Origin: Candidatus Moraniibacteriota bacterium
GTDB lineage: Bacteria > Patescibacteriota > Minisyncoccia > Moranbacterales > UBA1568
Assembly (NCBI GenBank): GCA_963778555.1
Contig: CAVZUR010000004.1
Span: 308,151 to 372,150 of the forward strand
Reading direction: 5' to 3'
DNA: 64,000 bases
Made by a program: the position numbers and the translations under genes. Position 1 is the stretch's first letter, and the number at the start of each line of letters is the position of its first letter. Below are positions 1 to 10,081 of this stretch, one piece after another. Under the pieces are notes generated by a model. The model was not told the DNA's origin and did no database searches. It worked only from the letters and a program-made list of their open reading frames with translations.

Positions 1-570
1 CGACATCTCCTCATCGCTGCGACCATCGACGGCCAGCCAGTGAGCCGCCTGACTGTTATTCGACAGCTCGAAAAAGAAGGCGGTGCGAGCGCGCTCGACG
101 CCCTGATCACGGAAAGACTGATTACCGTCGCGGCCGCCAAGGCCAAGATCGTCATCGCTCCAGCCGATATCGATGCTGAACTGAGCAAAATCACCGACCA
201 AGTGACGTCTCAGGGTCTGACACTGGAACAAGCCCTGGCGCAGCAAGGACTCACACTGGATGATATCCGCGTGAAAATCACTATTCGGAAACAACTCGAA
301 CGGCTCATCGGCGATAAGCTCACCGTCACAGACCAAGACATCGACAATTATTTGACTGAGACCAAGCTGACACTGCCCAAAGACATGAGTGAAACGGATT
401 TCCGCGACCGAGTCCGCGCGCAGCTGACCAGCCAGAAATTCGGCGCCGAAGCGGATCGCTGGATTACCAGTGCGCGCCAAAAAGCGAAGATCGAATACTT
501 CCTTGATTACGGCCAGACCCCTGAGATGGAAGCGGCCGCAACTAGCGCCGAAGTCAGCCCGGCTTCCTAA
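1..570 (+). CDS. SurA N-terminal domain-containing protein / peptidyl-prolyl isomerase-like chaperone, 5' end truncated by window edge
   Basis: The reading frame is open from base 1 with no upstream stop. The sequence has an amphipathic SurA-N-like composition (LTVTDQDIDNYL, ARQKAKIEYFLDY) and a GC3-rich codon pattern. Confidence 0.55.
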   Translation, partial: RHLLIAATIDGQPVSRLTVIRQLEKEGGASALDALITERLITVAAAKAKIVIAPADIDAELSKITDQVTSQGLTLEQALAQQGLTLDDIRVKITIRKQLERLIGDKLTVTDQDIDNYLTETKLTLPKDMSETDFRDRVRAQLTSQKFGAEADRWITSARQKAKIEYFLDYGQTPEMEAAATSAEVSPAS

Positions 571-633
571 CGCAGGCTGCCACTTCGCCGAGTACTCGCC
601 TGGAACCGCCGAAGAAAAGACAGTCCCCAACCC

Positions 634-1371
634 ATGAAGGAAGACCGGAGCATATTGATTGGCGCGAGTTTGATTGTCCTCACTCTGACGGCCGCAGTGG
701 GAGGAGTGTGGTTTGCATCCAACCTGAAAGCGGCCCCTCCGTCGATCCTCGCCCGGACCGGACACTATACGTCCACCATCGAACGAGGGATGGGTTTCTA
801 TACGCCGCAGCGTCTGGACCAGCTCCGAGTCGACGACTACCTGCTCTTCCAACTCGTCCAGAAAAAAAAAGGCAGGCCGATTCCATCCGATCTGGCAAAG
901 AAATTCGCCCGAGATCCGGCTAAACGGCTAATCCGGAAGAATGATTATTTCCGCGATGTCACATTCTCGCTCAACAACTTCCGCACCGACGACCGTACGC
1001 CGATTGATAACGACTTCTATGTGATAAACGAGCCCTATGCCGCTTTCCTCCGTGATCCCTGGGATGATGTGCTATTCAAGGCACTCTACTGCGACCAGAG
1101 CGGCTATGCTGCGGATGATTTTTCCATCCTGAAATCTATAGGCGATGGCCAGGGGGGCTATCTCGACACGCACGCTCTCCTTGGCATGCTGCTCCTTAAA
1201 GAGAATCGGTGTACTGACCAAGGTGCTGTCACTGATGAAATCGGACGCATCGTTCTCAGGATTGTCGCCGCGCTTGAAAAGGATACGGTTTTCAGCGATC
1301 TGTACGCGGAACGTATTGTTTTTCTATACTGGGCAGGCTATGGCGAGAGTGTCAAAAGAAGAATGGGTTGA
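634..1371 (+). CDS. hypothetical membrane-anchored protein; a +1 frame continuation (1342-1543) suggests a frameshift at the A-rich run 'caaaagaagaa'
   Basis: A 245-aa ORF with an N-terminal TM segment (ILIGASLIVLTLTAAVGG). The ORF at 1145..1543 continues in protein-like fashion (EEWVDRVATNLTPDPGW...LALLALFYFREG) directly after the stop in another frame. Confidence 0.45.
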   Translation: MKEDRSILIGASLIVLTLTAAVGGVWFASNLKAAPPSILARTGHYTSTIERGMGFYTPQRLDQLRVDDYLLFQLVQKKKGRPIPSDLAKKFARDPAKRLIRKNDYFRDVTFSLNNFRTDDRTPIDNDFYVINEPYAAFLRDPWDDVLFKALYCDQSGYAADDFSILKSIGDGQGGYLDTHALLGMLLLKENRCTDQGAVTDEIGRIVLRIVAALEKDTVFSDLYAERIVFLYWAGYGESVKRRMG

Positions 1372-1665
1372 CCGGGTCGCGACGAACCTCACTCCAGACC
1401 CGGGCTGGCGCTCCGGCCAAGATGCTGATTCCAACGCCCATACGACCGGATTAGCCCTCCTCGCCCTCTTCTATTTCCGAGAAGGCTCAAGTCAACAGTC
1501 TTTCTATACCGAGCATTGGGGACCCTATGCAAGCTGCACATAAGTCGCTCGGACAGAAGCCGGACTACTCCCGTTAGACTGTTCAGTGCGATAAAAAAAT
1601 CGGCGGACAGTCCTGTTGGACTCATCCGCCGTTCGTACCTGCATTGAGTATTTCAGACCCAACCT

Positions 1666-2736
1666 TCAAGCCGGCGCAGCTTTGAGTTGCGCCAGCCGCT
1701 GCGCAAACGTTTGGAGTCCCGCCGAAGCACTCCGCTCTGCATCCGCCTGCCAGGAACGTAGATTTGCGAGCAGTTCGCTTTCCGAGCAGCGCTCTTCCCA
1801 GAGCGCGATGAGACGAAGACGCATATTTTTCCAATCGCCCGTCTCCGCCGGGTACTGTTTCGCGATCTGATTGAAGCGAGAGAGAACCTCGAAACGGAGA
1901 ATCTGAATTGCCTGGAGTGTCGCAACATCACAGACTGACTTTTGTTTGTCATAGATCAACCGAGGAGCGCGATGTTTCACGGTCGCGAGATGAAGTGCAG
2001 TGAGGATGCGGATATACAGCCAGCCGAGGTCGAATTCCCATGGCCGGACCGAGAATTTCGCCGACGTCGGATAGGTGTGATGATTGTTATGGAGCTCTTC
2101 GCCGCCGATGACGATGCCCCAGGGCGAAAGATTGGTCGAGGCGTCCGGCGGATCGAAGTTTCGATACCCCCACCAGTGGCCGAGACCATTGATGATTCCC
2201 GCGGCATTCACCGGAATCCAGAGCATCTGGACGGCCCAGACGGTCAGGCCGATGACTCCGAAGAGGAGGATATCGATGCCCAGCATCGAGGCGATGCCGA
2301 TGACGGTGTGACGGCTGTAGAGATGCCGCTCGATCCAATCATCCGGCGTGTACTTGCCGAAATCGGCGAGCGTCGCCCGATTCTTGGACTCGGCCCGGTA
2401 GAGCTCGCTCCCTCGGAGGAGGACGGTGCCGATACCGCGCGTCTGCGGACTATGCGGATCGTCAGCTGTCTCGACCCGGGCGTGATGTTTGCGGTGGATA
2501 GCAACCCATTCGCGCGTCACCATGCCGGTCGTGAGCCAAAGCCAAAAGCGGAAAAAGTGCGCTGGGAGCGGCCCGAGCTCGAGCGCCCGATGCGCCTGCG
2601 CGCGGTGGAGGAAAATCGTGACCGCCGCAATGGTGATATGCGTCGTCACGAGCACGTAGAGGAGAATCTGCCACCAGCGAGCTCCGAGGAGGCCGTTGGC
2701 GAGCCAATCCAAGACGCTAGAAAACATGAGTTCCAT
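1666..2736 (-). CDS. acyl-CoA (Delta9) fatty-acid desaturase
   Basis: A 356-aa ORF with TM helices and the conserved histidine boxes HRKHH and HNNHH, plus WHRxHH-type spacing typical of membrane desaturases. Confidence 0.8.
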   Translation of the reverse strand: MELMFSSVLDWLANGLLGARWWQILLYVLVTTHITIAAVTIFLHRAQAHRALELGPLPAHFFRFWLWLTTGMVTREWVAIHRKHHARVETADDPHSPQTRGIGTVLLRGSELYRAESKNRATLADFGKYTPDDWIERHLYSRHTVIGIASMLGIDILLFGVIGLTVWAVQMLWIPVNAAGIINGLGHWWGYRNFDPPDASTNLSPWGIVIGGEELHNNHHTYPTSAKFSVRPWEFDLGWLYIRILTALHLATVKHRAPRLIYDKQKSVCDVATLQAIQILRFEVLSRFNQIAKQYPAETGDWKNMRLRLIALWEERCSESELLANLRSWQADAERSASAGLQTFAQRLAQLKAAPA

Positions 2737-2861
2737 ACTGTTCCCCTTTCAAGGGTTGGGTTGGGAAGAAGAGACTTTATTGTCAAAAAGCTGAGCCTAT
2801 TATAGGCGATTTCACTCATTTGCCATAACCAGAATCGAGGGCTGAACCTCCGCGCCAGAGG

Positions 2862-3494
2862 GTGGTACAATGGAGTCCGAGGCAAGGTATGACTGGAACG
2901 AAATCATCGCGACAGCTCACAGTAGCCGTGGCCTCAAAAAGGGTTCGCTGCCCTTGGGTGCCAGTCGGTAACGAGCTCTACACGCGGTATCACGATATAG
3001 AGTGGGGCGTGCCGGTGCATGACGATCGGACATTCTTTGAATTTCTCCTCCTCGAAAGCGCCCAGGCCGGATTGTCGTGGGAAACGATTCTGAAACGACG
3101 CGAAGGATACCAAAAAGCCTTTGTTGAGTTTAGTGCAAAAAAGATCGCCCGTTTCGGAACTCGCGATATTGTCCGCCTCATGAAAAATGACAGTATCATC
3201 CGGAATCGCTTGAAAATCGAGTCGGCGATCAGCAATGCCCGGACCTTCCTTACCATCCAACACGAATTCGGCAGCTTCTCGAAATATGTCTGGGAATTCG
3301 TCGGCGGAAAAACTCTCAGGTCACCAAAAGGAAGTCCGCGCGTGACCAGCCCGGAAGCTATTGCACTTGCAACCGACCTCAAACGCCGTGGTTTCAAGTT
3401 TTTTGGCCCGGTAATCGCCTACGCGTTCATGCAGGCGACCGGCCTCGTCGACGACCATGAACGCTCCTGTTTTCTCTACCGCACGAAAACCTAA
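2862..3494 (+). CDS. tag: DNA-3-methyladenine glycosylase I (Tag); true start probably downstream (M at 2889 or GTG ~2925)
   Basis: Carries the RCPW...YTRYHDIEWGVP...ESAQAGLSWETIL...FFGPVI...ATGLVDDH motifs of Tag. Confidence 0.8.
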   Translation: MVQWSPRQGMTGTKSSRQLTVAVASKRVRCPWVPVGNELYTRYHDIEWGVPVHDDRTFFEFLLLESAQAGLSWETILKRREGYQKAFVEFSAKKIARFGTRDIVRLMKNDSIIRNRLKIESAISNARTFLTIQHEFGSFSKYVWEFVGGKTLRSPKGSPRVTSPEAIALATDLKRRGFKFFGPVIAYAFMQATGLVDDHERSCFLYRTKT

Positions 3495-3515
3495 TCCCTA
3501 ACCAACACTCTTCAT

Positions 3516-3998
3516 ATGGATTCGCTCGTCATCATCGGCGCCATACTCGCCATTGTCGGCGTCATCGGTAGCATCCTCCCTGCTTTCCCTGGGCCAATCT
3601 TAAGTTATGGTGCGCTTATTCTGCTCTACTTCGCGAAAGGGCCCGAAAACATATCACTCTTCACCCTTGGCATCTTTGGCGCGCTACTCATACTCGTCAC
3701 CATCCTCAGCTATTCCGCGCCAATCTGGGGGGCACGCTTCTCCGGCGCGTCCTCGCGAGGGGTCTGGGGCGCCTGCATCGGCGCCATCATCGGCTTGATC
3801 TTCTTCCCCCCGTTCGGTCTATTCATCGGCGCTTTTTTTGGAGCTGTTATCGGCGAACTCTCCACTGGCAAAGATGGCCAGGCTGCATTGAAAGCGGGCG
3901 TCAGCACACTGCTCGGCTCCGTCATGGTCATCTTCCTCCAGACAGTCGTCGCACTCGCGATGGCGGGATACTTCTTCTACGTGCTCATCCGCGGATGA
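3516..3998 (+). CDS. DUF456 family membrane protein
   Basis: A 160-aa ORF with four TM segments and the characteristic G-rich helices (PAFPGPILSYGALILLYF, GAFFGAVIGEL). Confidence 0.7.
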   Translation: MDSLVIIGAILAIVGVIGSILPAFPGPILSYGALILLYFAKGPENISLFTLGIFGALLILVTILSYSAPIWGARFSGASSRGVWGACIGAIIGLIFFPPFGLFIGAFFGAVIGELSTGKDGQAALKAGVSTLLGSVMVIFLQTVVALAMAGYFFYVLIRG

Positions 3999-4008
3999 TG
4001 AATGTCCT

Positions 4009-4716
4009 ATGAACAAGCGTTATTTTCCGGCTTCCGGCCGCGGCCACGTCACCTGGGACTGGCTCAATACCTATCACTCCTTCAGCTTCGGCCACTTTTA
4101 TAACCCTGAACTGATGGGCTTCGGCGCACTGCGTGTCGTCAACGATGATACCATCGCTCCGGGCCAAGGCTTCGGCGAGCATCCGCATCAAGACATGGAA
4201 ATTATCACCATCCCGTTGTCTGGTGCAGTCGAGCATCAAGACAACACCGGTGCCCACGGCATCACGCCGTCCGGATCCGTCCAAGTCATGTCGGCCGGCC
4301 GACATGTCGCCCATTCGGAACGGAATGCCTCGGCGACCGAACCTCTTTCTCTTTTTCAGATCTGGATCGAGCCCAAAGCATATGGCATCGATCCGCGCTA
4401 CGCTGAAAAATCCTTTGATCCAAAGAAACGCGAGGGCGCTTGGCAGCTTCTGGTCTCGAACGATGGCCGCCACGGCTCACTCAGCATCCATCAGGATGCA
4501 TTTATCTCGCTCGCTCGTTTCACTGCTGATACTGATTTCACCTATCCGGTTCACCGAACTGGCAATATCGTCTTTCTTATGCTGGTCGATGGACAAGCGA
4601 AGATTGATGGCCAATCTCTCGGCCGTCGAGACGCAATCGGCGCGAGCGACACTATAGGCATTAGCGGTCGGATGACTGTAGACGGAGAACTTATGGTCAT
4701 TGAGATACCAGAATAA
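4009..4716 (+). CDS. pirin family protein (cupin)
   Basis: Carries HPHQDMEIITIPLSG and the second cupin motif FQIWIEP; 235 aa. Confidence 0.8.
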   Translation: MNKRYFPASGRGHVTWDWLNTYHSFSFGHFYNPELMGFGALRVVNDDTIAPGQGFGEHPHQDMEIITIPLSGAVEHQDNTGAHGITPSGSVQVMSAGRHVAHSERNASATEPLSLFQIWIEPKAYGIDPRYAEKSFDPKKREGAWQLLVSNDGRHGSLSIHQDAFISLARFTADTDFTYPVHRTGNIVFLMLVDGQAKIDGQSLGRRDAIGASDTIGISGRMTVDGELMVIEIPE

Positions 4717-4732
4717 GCAATCTTAGTAGGCA

Positions 4733-4770
4733 TAAAAAAAATCACCCGCTCTACCGGGTGATTTTTTTTC
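4733..4770. terminator. bidirectional rho-independent terminator between the convergent pirin and RRM genes
   Basis: An A9 run, then the stem TCACCCG, loop CTCTAC, stem CGGGTGA, then a T9 run. Confidence 0.75.
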
Positions 4771-4778
4771 GTGGCAGT

Positions 4779-5045
4779 TTAGGCCTGATCACGATTCTCG
4801 AGCGGACGGGCCTCGTTGACCGTCAACGTGCGTCCATCCATCTCTTTACCGTGCCACAGCTCGATGGCTTTTGCCGCCTCTTCCGGAGTAGTCATCTCCA
4901 CGAACCCGAAACCGCGTGAGCGGCCAGTGGCCCGATCGATGATAATCTTCGTAGAAACGACCGTACCTGCCTGAGAGAAAGCGACCTTGAGGTCCTCTTC
5001 CGTAGAGCGGTACGGGATACCACCGACGTACAAACGTGTCGACAT
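4779..5045 (-). CDS. RNA-binding protein (RRM domain)
   Basis: MSTRLYVGGIPY...RGFGFVEM contains the RNP2 (LYVGG) and RNP1 (RGFGFVEM) motifs. The ORF extends to 5099, but the RRM starts at the M at 5045. Confidence 0.8.
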   Translation of the reverse strand: MSTRLYVGGIPYRSTEEDLKVAFSQAGTVVSTKIIIDRATGRSRGFGFVEMTTPEEAAKAIELWHGKEMDGRTLTVNEARPLENRDQA

Positions 5046-5249
5046 AGTATACACTCTATAGTTATGCAAACTCTGTGTAAGACGACCTTCTGGCTTCATT
5101 CACGTAACGAGGCAGCACCCGAGAGTGACCGACACTGTACACGCCGAAAATCCGACCGAGAAACCTTACAGTTGCCCCTAGAACATAGCATGAACGAGCC
5201 ATAAAGGCAAGAGGAACCATATATGTAGTATATACGTGAGGAAACCTAA

Positions 5250-6827
5250 CTAATACTGTGTTTGGACTATCAAACCCTGCACCAATGATGGACTCGGGGT
5301 TTTTGTTGGCTTGATTCCTGTCGATATGAGTTGTAGGTATCGGTCATATATATCAAAAAAGTTTTCTCCATGGGCATTCTGACACTCTCGCAGTTCCTGT
5401 TCCAAAAGAGCTCGTCCCGATATCATTCGGTCATCATCACTCCACACCACCTTTTTTTCCGGAGTTATCTTTCCTGTGCCAATCCCTCCGTTGCCAGAAC
5501 TATCAGAGATTGACATTTCACGAGGTTTCTTCGGTGCATCATCATAGCGATAACCACCCAGGATTCGATATGCTCGCTGGTCTATATTCTTACACACCGG
5601 AAAACTATCACGTTCTGGGCTCAAGAATGGAATTGCTTTGATGAGCTGCTCTTCATAGAAAGTTGGATCGAAACCATACACGTCAAAAAAACTTCGACCG
5701 GCCTTATTCGCGTAAGAAGTGAATTGCGCCACGTATTCCTTCACCAAAGTACCATACTCAGAATAATGCACCGTCTTGGAGAAATGATAATTAGGTATAA
5801 GTTCGAATTGTCCGACTTCATCTTTAATCAGATACCCAAAACTGACATCTCCATTGGTGATTTTCCCATCATCCCTGATAAAGAGGATCCTATTCTCAAT
5901 CTGTATCGTCGGAAAATTGCTGATGAACCGGTTTTCCGCCTCCCCTGTCGCCAGTCTCAGTCGCTCTTGCGGATCTGAAGGAATACCATTTGTCACGTAG
6001 AAGTACTCTGCTTCATTCTTTTCGCTTGCACTATAGCCAGCCGAGAGACCGGTTTTACAAAATCCCGCGTGAATAGGTTCTTTGCAGTCATAGGTATAAT
6101 TCTTTTCGCAGTTTGGTAAATTACTGAAGAATTCAGGATCTTCCTTACTAGACAAAACTCCAGAACGATAGCCAGCAGTTCTAGTACCTCCTTTATAAAA
6201 ATAGATCATCTTTTCACCTTGGAAACACATATCCGCTGGATATCCACTAGAATAGGGCGCATGGACACAATCTGTCAGACAGGCCTGTTCAAGCTCGTTT
6301 ATCGCTATGGGTGTTTGTGGTTCTTGTTGGTATGGTACGAACCAATACTTCAGCCGCGCGAAAACACTATGCTTCTGTGTTTCAAGCGTTACCCCTATCA
6401 TGGAAAGAGAGACGTTCACGCCTCGGGAGTAGCCGAATGCCAAAAAAAGAAGCAATATAATACTGCCAACGCTTGCTCGGCGCACAACCTGATTCTTTAA
6501 CCGCCGCAGACAGGTTAAAAAAATGACATACTTGCCGATTAGAAAGAGTATCGATATTATGACAGCTATAAAATTTCCCCAAGATAAACCCACTATCACA
6601 CTTAGTGGAATTGCTTGAAGTGCTGTTAAGCTCCACAATTGTTCCTGAAAGTTGCTAGAGTCGTCTCCAAAGTGCATGAGTGTAGGAGTAAGAGCGGCAA
6701 GAGCAAGAGCCCATTGATTCTTCGATCCCCAACGGTTTCCCTCCAGTCCATCACGGGGTGAGATTCTTTTAGAATTCGAGGATGACGGAGTGTCAATAGA
6801 TACTACCTCAGTAGAAATATTTTCCAT
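5250..6827 (-). CDS. hypothetical Cys-rich membrane-anchored protein encoded in a low-GC island
   Basis: A 525-aa ORF with 3-4 N-terminal TM helices followed by a large Cys/Tyr-rich domain. Local GC is ~43-45%, against ~58% in flanking sequence. Confidence 0.55.
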   Translation of the reverse strand: MENISTEVVSIDTPSSSNSKRISPRDGLEGNRWGSKNQWALALAALTPTLMHFGDDSSNFQEQLWSLTALQAIPLSVIVGLSWGNFIAVIISILFLIGKYVIFLTCLRRLKNQVVRRASVGSIILLLFLAFGYSRGVNVSLSMIGVTLETQKHSVFARLKYWFVPYQQEPQTPIAINELEQACLTDCVHAPYSSGYPADMCFQGEKMIYFYKGGTRTAGYRSGVLSSKEDPEFFSNLPNCEKNYTYDCKEPIHAGFCKTGLSAGYSASEKNEAEYFYVTNGIPSDPQERLRLATGEAENRFISNFPTIQIENRILFIRDDGKITNGDVSFGYLIKDEVGQFELIPNYHFSKTVHYSEYGTLVKEYVAQFTSYANKAGRSFFDVYGFDPTFYEEQLIKAIPFLSPERDSFPVCKNIDQRAYRILGGYRYDDAPKKPREMSISDSSGNGGIGTGKITPEKKVVWSDDDRMISGRALLEQELRECQNAHGENFFDIYDRYLQLISTGIKPTKTPSPSLVQGLIVQTQY

Positions 6828-6938
6828 AAAATTTAATATAATTGTAGCTAGTTTAACATATGAAACGGCGCTTTTATAAAAGCTATTTTTCTTTTTGTGC
6901 TAGAATGATTGCGGGAAGCTAATACGTAAACATACCGT

Positions 6939-7157
6939 ATGAAGAAAACGACGCATTTCGCAGTCTCTCGGGATAAAAAAGGTGGCTATCGCTGGAAACT
7001 CATCGGCGCCAACGGCGAAGCGGTCGCCACCGGAGAAAGCTATCAGTCCCGCGCCGCCATGATGAACGCCGTGAAAAAGCTCCGCCTCTGGGCAGCGACC
7101 GATCGCATCGAAGAGCCGAAAGAGAAGAAGGTTGTCACCAAAAAGAAGACAGCGTAG
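6939..7157 (+). CDS. YegP/DUF1508 family protein
   Basis: FAVSRDKKGGYRWKLIGANGEAVATGESYQSRAAMMNAVKKL is a typical UPF0339 repeat. Confidence 0.65.
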   Translation: MKKTTHFAVSRDKKGGYRWKLIGANGEAVATGESYQSRAAMMNAVKKLRLWAATDRIEEPKEKKVVTKKKTA

Positions 7158-7169
7158 ATTCTACCCTCA

Positions 7170-7199
7170 ATAGAAAACACCCTCCGGCGAGGGTGTTTT
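7170..7199. terminator. rho-independent terminator (bidirectional) overlapping the stop of the GDSL gene
   Basis: Stem AACACCCTC, loop CGGCG, stem AGGGTGTT, followed by a T-run. Confidence 0.65.
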
Positions 7200-7823
7200 C
7201 TATTGAAGGATGAGAGCGCGGATGATCGGTGTTAATCGATCGGCGATTTTCTCGTAGCCACGGTCATTCGGATGGATTGCATCACTCATGAGCGCGGGAT
7301 CGCCGAACACTCCTTGGAGCGCGTCCTCGACATAGCGTGACTGCGTTTCCTTGGCCGCCGCCTCGTACCGATCATCCGCTCCCCCGCCGATAATACCGCT
7401 TCGGACACCGATAAAGACAACTGCCGCGCCATCTGTTTGGAAAGCCGTGATTATTTTTTTTAGATTGGCAAAGGTTTCATCACGCGGCACTTTCTGGAGA
7501 AAATCATTCCCTCCCAAGAGAATCAGTACGAGGCGCGGATGCTCATCGATCGCCTCGCCAGTCCGGACCAGTCCCTGGCGAGTTGTATTGCCAGCGACGC
7601 CGTAGTTCAGAACTGACTCACCCAGACGTTTTGCGAGCAAAGCGGGAAGCTCGTGTCCCGCTGTCGCTCCCACCCCTTCGACGAGGCTATCTCCGAAAAA
7701 GAGTATCGGGCCGCTTTTCCGCAAGGGAATATTCTTCACCGGTGCCGCACTCTGAAAATAATATCCGAGAAGCCCCAGGATAATCACTGCCATGACACTG
7801 GCGATAATTTTTTTCGTGTGCAT
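7200..7823 (-). CDS. SGNH/GDSL family hydrolase (arylesterase-like)
   Basis: An N-terminal TM segment plus the FFGDSLVEG (GDSL) block, the GGNDF block and the DAIHPN catalytic His block. Confidence 0.8.
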   Translation of the reverse strand: MHTKKIIASVMAVIILGLLGYYFQSAAPVKNIPLRKSGPILFFGDSLVEGVGATAGHELPALLAKRLGESVLNYGVAGNTTRQGLVRTGEAIDEHPRLVLILLGGNDFLQKVPRDETFANLKKIITAFQTDGAAVVFIGVRSGIIGGGADDRYEAAAKETQSRYVEDALQGVFGDPALMSDAIHPNDRGYEKIADRLTPIIRALILQ

Positions 7824-7829
7824 AACTTC

Positions 7830-8345
7830 TTATTGAGCGTCAGGAATGAAACGGAGTGCCGCTCCATTCATGCAGTACCGGAGTCCGGTCGGCGCTGGCC
7901 CATCCGTAAAGACATGCCCCAAATGTCCGCCTGCCGTGGAAAGAACTTCGGTCCGCTCCATAAATAGAGTATTGTCCGACCGCTCGATGACTGCGTCCGA
8001 TCGGATCGGTCGAGTGAAGCTCGGCCACCCGGTGCCAGAATCGAATTTATCCTCTGAACGGAAGACTGACTCGCCCGTGTCAGCTGCGACATATGTGCCG
8101 GTCCGTTTTTCGGTATTGAGCGGGCTCGAGAATGGCCGCTCCGTCCCTCCCTCGCGAAGAATGGTATATGACTCAGGGGAAAGTCTAGTGCGCCACTCAT
8201 CTTCTGCACGAGGCGTTTCGCGGGAGAGTCCTTGGCGCTTGCTGGTGGCGATGTGCTTGTCATTCCACCAAAGCAAGATTCCTCCGACAAAGGCCAGAAG
8301 GAACACCAAGGTGAACCGTAGTTTCTGTGGGATGGAGTGCAGCAT
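7830..8345 (-). CDS. msrB: peptide-methionine (R)-S-oxide reductase MsrB with an N-terminal membrane anchor
   Basis: Carries the GTGWPSF and RYCMN motifs plus HLGHVF. Confidence 0.85.
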   Translation of the reverse strand: MLHSIPQKLRFTLVFLLAFVGGILLWWNDKHIATSKRQGLSRETPRAEDEWRTRLSPESYTILREGGTERPFSSPLNTEKRTGTYVAADTGESVFRSEDKFDSGTGWPSFTRPIRSDAVIERSDNTLFMERTEVLSTAGGHLGHVFTDGPAPTGLRYCMNGAALRFIPDAQ

Positions 8346-8378
8346 GCCTATGATAAGGGGTCAATGAACGAGCCGGCG

Positions 8379-9152
8379 TCAGGCACGCAATCCACGGCCC
8401 GTTTTGAAGAGATACCAGGTATAGATGAAAAGGCCGGTCGTAAGCGAAATAAGGAGACCGGCGGCAAACATCACCGAGACATCGGAAACACCGAGAAAGC
8501 CATAGCGGAAACCATTAATCATATAGAGAATCGGGTTCCATTGCGACACAGATTGCCAGAACGGGGGCAACATCGAAATCGAATAGAAGATCCCACCGAG
8601 ATACGTCAGCGGTGTCAGGACGAAATTCGGAACAATAGAAATGCCATCAAAACTGTTGGCGAACACCCCGTTCAATAGTCCGACCATGGAAAAGAGGATC
8701 GATGTGAGCAGCGCGAAGAGGAGCATAGTCATCGGATGCGCCATGGTGACGTCAGTGAAAAAACCTGCCACGACCATCACCAGGGTCGCAACTGTCATTC
8801 CTCGCAAAACTCCGCCGGTGACATAGCCCGCGATAACGACTGGATACGGCGTCGGTGACACCATGATCTCCTCGAGTGTTTTCTGGAATTTCGCGAAGTA
8901 GAACGATGAAACCGTGTGCATGAACGAACTCATGATGACAGACATCATAATAAGCCCGGGAACGATGAATTCCATGTAGGTATAGCCGTTGATCGGCGCG
9001 ATCTGCGAGCCGATAAAGCCTCCGAAAATAACGAAGTACAGTGACATCGTGACGACCGGCGGCAAGAGTGTCTGGGACCACACCCGCAGATAACGGATCG
9101 CTTCTTTCCGGACGATCGTGAGGTAGGCAACCCAGAGTTCGGTGGGATTCAT
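8379..9152 (-). CDS. ABC-2 type transporter permease
   Basis: A 257-aa ORF with six TM helices and the ABC-2 signature; it sits immediately downstream of an ABC ATPase gene. Confidence 0.8.
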   Translation of the reverse strand: MNPTELWVAYLTIVRKEAIRYLRVWSQTLLPPVVTMSLYFVIFGGFIGSQIAPINGYTYMEFIVPGLIMMSVIMSSFMHTVSSFYFAKFQKTLEEIMVSPTPYPVVIAGYVTGGVLRGMTVATLVMVVAGFFTDVTMAHPMTMLLFALLTSILFSMVGLLNGVFANSFDGISIVPNFVLTPLTYLGGIFYSISMLPPFWQSVSQWNPILYMINGFRYGFLGVSDVSVMFAAGLLISLTTGLFIYTWYLFKTGRGLRA

Positions 9153-9158
9153 ACGGAT

Positions 9159-10076
9159 TTATGCTTTGCGAGTTTTTTGCACAAAGAATTCCTCAAGACG
9201 ATTCGTCTTGTTGCGAAGACTTTTCACCTCCAAGCCGAGGCCGTGCAATGCTCGGAGCGCCTTATCCAACGTCTGCTCTTTGGTCAGAGTGAGTTCGACA
9301 GAGCGTTCATTGGCCAGGGCCCGGAAAGGCTGGAGTGTCTGGTCCATCTCGTGTGTCAAGGTGCTGCCGAGATCAAACACAAACGTTTCCTCAGCCATTG
9401 AAGCCAGGAGTGTCTTGATCTCTCCACGCTCGACAATCTCGCCCTGATGGATGATAGCCACGTGCCGACAGAGCTGCTCCGCTTCTTCGAGATAGTGTGT
9501 GGTCAAAATAATAGTGACACCGGACGCGTTCAGCTCACGAAGAAAATCCCACATCCCACGCCTGAGTTCGATATCAACACCGGCCGTCGGCTCATCGAGG
9601 ATGAGGAGCTTTGGCTCATGCACCAACCCACGGGCGATCATAAGACGCCGCTTCATCCCACCCGAGAGCGAACGAGCCTGTTCATGCCGTTTCTCCCAGA
9701 GGCCCAACTGCTTCAAGTATTTTTCTGCCGCTACCAGCGCCCGCTTCCGGGGAATACCATAATACCCAGCCTGATCGACGATGATATCCTCCACTTTCTC
9801 GAAAATGCCGAAATTGAACTCCTGCGGTACGACACCGATATGCAGCTTCGCCTTGGCCGGCTCCGCATCGATGGAAAGACCGCCGATACTCACTTCGCCC
9901 GCATCCTTGTTGACGAGACCGGACACAACACCGATGAGAGTCGTCTTGCCCGCGCCATTGGGACCGAGGAGTGCGAAAAAATCCCCCTCCTCGACTTCGA
10001 GGCTGACTTCCTTGAGGGCCTGCACTCCGTTGCCGTAGGTCTTCCTCAATCGTGCGATTGAGAGTGCTATTGCCAT
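9159..10076 (-). CDS. ABC transporter ATP-binding protein (ABC-2 exporter ATPase)
   Basis: Walker A (GPNGAGKTT), ABC signature (LSGGMKRR), Walker B (LLILDEPT) and an H-loop. Confidence 0.9.
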   Translation of the reverse strand: MAIALSIARLRKTYGNGVQALKEVSLEVEEGDFFALLGPNGAGKTTLIGVVSGLVNKDAGEVSIGGLSIDAEPAKAKLHIGVVPQEFNFGIFEKVEDIIVDQAGYYGIPRKRALVAAEKYLKQLGLWEKRHEQARSLSGGMKRRLMIARGLVHEPKLLILDEPTAGVDIELRRGMWDFLRELNASGVTIILTTHYLEEAEQLCRHVAIIHQGEIVERGEIKTLLASMAEETFVFDLGSTLTHEMDQTLQPFRALANERSVELTLTKEQTLDKALRALHGLGLEVKSLRNKTNRLEEFFVQKTRKA

Positions 10077-10081
10077 ACCGA

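Noticed and set aside
8337-8678. 113-aa plus-strand ORF overlapping the msrB / ABC permease junction
   Set aside because: It is antisense to two well-supported genes and its translation is charged and low-complexity.
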